From Acidimicrobiales bacterium (GTDB lineage: Bacteria; Actinomycetota; Acidimicrobiia; Acidimicrobiales; JAJPHE01), in assembly GCA_036273495.1 (NCBI GenBank), contig DASUHN010000370.1, forward strand, positions 1-33,906: a DNA stretch of 33,906 bases, in the 5' to 3' direction. The notes beneath the pieces were generated by a model. It searched no databases. It was not told the origin of the DNA and worked only from the letters and a program-made list of their open reading frames with translations. A program made the position numbers and the translations under genes. Positions 32,085-33,906 of the stretch are shown in pieces; position 1 is the first letter of the stretch, and each line of letters starts with the position of its first letter.

Positions 32085-33720
32085 CGGGCACGCCCTCCTT
32101 TCCTGCTCCCCCCGTGGGCGCCGATGCGACTCCGCCAACCGTAGACCCACCCCGCCGCAGCGGGCCCGGCACCCGGGGCGGGGCGGGATCTCTCACCATC
32201 GCCTCGGCCAGCACGTCCTCCGCCGCCGCCAACCCGGCCGGCACTGCGTCCGCCAGCATCGCCTCGGCCGGGCCGGACCCCCGGAGGGCGTCGAGGCGCG
32301 CCGACTCGGCGCACACGAACGCCACGTCGTGGGCGTAGTGCCGCCGGGCGAAGATGAACAGCACCCCCGCCATACCGCACACCGGGGCAAACAGCACCAT
32401 GGCCCGCTGCAGCCCGGCGGCGTGGCCCGCCGCTGAGCCCCCGAGGTGGTCGGCCATGATCCCGACGATCAGCGACCCGGAGGCGGACGCGGCGCGCACC
32501 ATCGAGCGCACGCTCGCGGCCCGCCCCCGCAGGTCCGCCACCACCACGTCGTTGAACAGCGCCTCGCTCGGGGCCAGCGGCAGGGTGATCGAGCACCCGC
32601 CGACGGCCAGGAACAGCCCGCTGATGATCAGGCTGTGGGTGGCGAAGCCCAGTGGCAGCGACACCACCGACACCAGCGAGGCCGCCACCACGACGTACAC
32701 CCGGGCGTTCACCATCCCCCGACGGAAGAGGCGGTCGGAAACGACGCCCCCGGCCAGAACGCCGATGATGGCGGTCGGCAGGAGGATCCCGGAGAAGAGC
32801 CCGGCCTTGACGGCGGGGAGGTGGTCCACCCGCTTGAAGAAGGGGATGGCCCAGAACGACAGCGCATTGGCGAGCATCTGCGCGACCGTGAGCGACAGGA
32901 GGGCCCACCACATGGACGGGATGCGGAACAGCTCCTGCATCACCTCGCGGATGCTCGCCTTCTGGTAGTCGAGGGTGCCGACCCGGCGGGGCTGGGGCAG
33001 CCGGCCCGCCAGGGTGAGATCGGCACCTTCCGACGACCCGGCGATGGCGGCCGCGTGCGCCGCCTGCCGGTCGGCCTCGAGGTCGGCGTCCTGCTCGCCG
33101 CGGGCCGGCTCGGGCTGCACCGCGAGGAAGAGGCCGGTGACGACCCCGAGCGGCATCCAGAACCAGAACGCCCAGCGCCAGCCGCCGACCGACACCGCCA
33201 CGCCGCCGCCGATGAACCCGATGAGGGCCCCCACGATCCCGCCGGCGGAGTACCAGCCCATCCGCATGGCCCGCTGCGCGACCGGCCAGTAGTCACCGAT
33301 CAGGGAGATCGACGCCGAGTTGCTGGCCTCGGCAAAGCCGACCCCCAGCCGGAAGGCGAGCAGGGCCGCGAAGCTCCACGCCAGCCCGTTGAGCCCCATG
33401 AAGCCGGTCCAGAGGACCATGGAGGCGGCCAGGACCGCTGTCCGGCGGCGCCGGTCGGCCAGGATCCCGAACGGGGGGGCGCCGACCAGGACGATCAGGT
33501 TGCCCACCAGGGGCAGGAGGGCCACCGTCGAGTTGGAGACGTGGAAGGTGCGCTGGATCCCGTCGGCGGCCTGCGAGAGCGATCCGGTCTCCCCCGCCCC
33601 GAGGGTCATGGTCGCCGCGAGGGCGAGCAGGGGCGCCCAGCCGTAACTCGTCGCCCTAAGGCGCTGCCCCCCAGTCACCCCGGCAACTTCGACGCCCCCG
33701 GCCCCGATACCTACCTGCAC
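32077..33720 (-). CDS. MFS transporter
   Basis: Motif A GILADRRRRTAVL is present, with about 12 TM segments, a central loop and a long C-terminal tail. The start is uncertain: GTG at 33720 has poor GC3 in the first approximately 14 codons, and GTG at 33678 is plausible. Confidence 0.8.
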   Translation of the reverse strand: MQVGIGAGGVEVAGVTGGQRLRATSYGWAPLLALAATMTLGAGETGSLSQAADGIQRTFHVSNSTVALLPLVGNLIVLVGAPPFGILADRRRRTAVLAASMVLWTGFMGLNGLAWSFAALLAFRLGVGFAEASNSASISLIGDYWPVAQRAMRMGWYSAGGIVGALIGFIGGGVAVSVGGWRWAFWFWMPLGVVTGLFLAVQPEPARGEQDADLEADRQAAHAAAIAGSSEGADLTLAGRLPQPRRVGTLDYQKASIREVMQELFRIPSMWWALLSLTVAQMLANALSFWAIPFFKRVDHLPAVKAGLFSGILLPTAIIGVLAGGVVSDRLFRRGMVNARVYVVVAASLVSVVSLPLGFATHSLIISGLFLAVGGCSITLPLAPSEALFNDVVVADLRGRAASVRSMVRAASASGSLIVGIMADHLGGSAAGHAAGLQRAMVLFAPVCGMAGVLFIFARRHYAHDVAFVCAESARLDALRGSGPAEAMLADAVPAGLAAAEDVLAEAMVRDPAPPRVPGPLRRGGSTVGGVASAPTGGAGKEGVPGA

Positions 33721-33735
33721 CTACCATCACCCCCC

Positions 33736-33906
33736 GTGATCGAGGCCGACCAGCCGCTCTGGGGGAGGGTGGAACCAGGGGCCCTGGAGCGAATTCTCGT
33801 GCTCTCCCCCCACTTCGACGACGCCGCCATGGGGGCCGGGCTGCTGCTCCTCCGCCACGCCGGCGGGGCCGAGGCCACGGTGGTGACGGTCTTCGGTGGG
33901 CGCCCG
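33736..33906 (+). CDS. N-terminal fragment of a PIG-L/LmbE family deacetylase; runs off the window
   Basis: GTG at 33736 opens a frame that reaches the window end. VIEADQPLWGRVEPGALERILVLSPHFDDAAMGAGLLLL matches the (V/L)SPHxDDxxxGxG N-terminal motif. Confidence 0.6.
   Translation, partial: MIEADQPLWGRVEPGALERILVLSPHFDDAAMGAGLLLLRHAGGAEATVVTVFGGRP

Noticed and set aside
1-33906. Mobile elements, prophage, defence systems, toxin-antitoxin pairs, and tRNA/rRNA genes
   Set aside because: I found no integrase, transposase or recombinase-like ORFs, no terminal inverted or long direct repeats, no cloverleaf-like RNA, and no abrupt compositional island. The window reads as core metabolic and envelope genes.

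Overview
This is a very GC-rich segment (about 70% by eye) with strong G/C bias at third codon positions, many GTG/TTG starts and frequent 1-4 nt stop/start overlaps. It looks like chromosomal DNA from an actinobacterial-type genome, which is an inference from composition and gene content. All family calls come from motif recognition by eye; no searches were run.

I support about 37 protein-coding genes plus one frame-disrupted gene, one TPP riboswitch, two hairpins between convergent genes, and two short in-frame tandem repeats. I see no rRNA, tRNA, CRISPR array, transposase or integrase.

Gene content from left to right:
- A partial CDS, an alpha/beta hydrolase preceded by the frame-disrupted gene, an amidohydrolase, and a DHA2 MFS exporter.
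- A methylmalonate-semialdehyde dehydrogenase (mmsA) and hydrolase pair, then an LLM oxidoreductase.
- An ECF sigma module: sigma factor, coupled single-pass membrane protein, acidic secreted repeat protein, and LolA/LppX-like lipoprotein. A DUF1206 protein follows.
- A TPP riboswitch controlling thiD and cytX (hydroxymethylpyrimidine, HMP, salvage).
- Two divergent SAM methyltransferases.
- A long minus-strand array: Cys-less DksA-like protein, NTF2, enoyl-CoA hydratase, SDR, a duplicated-domain unknown, Zn-ADH, MgtC, and a ureidoglycolate-lyase-like protein.
- A cupin.
- A roughly 9-11 kb minus-strand operon, then the start of a PIG-L deacetylase.

That last operon is the best candidate for an undescribed system. 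A Liv-type ABC importer (lipoprotein binding protein, fused LivH-LivM permease, LivG, LivF) is interrupted between binding protein and permease by three tightly coupled genes. These are a signal-less GMC flavoprotein with a Cys cluster, a 534-aa protein with a Tat-like signal and a C-terminal anchor, and a two-TM protein with a C-terminal YHxxxC...CxxC motif.

Two genes, near 1515 and near 10680, show single-nucleotide frame problems. These may be assembly indels or real pseudogenisation.
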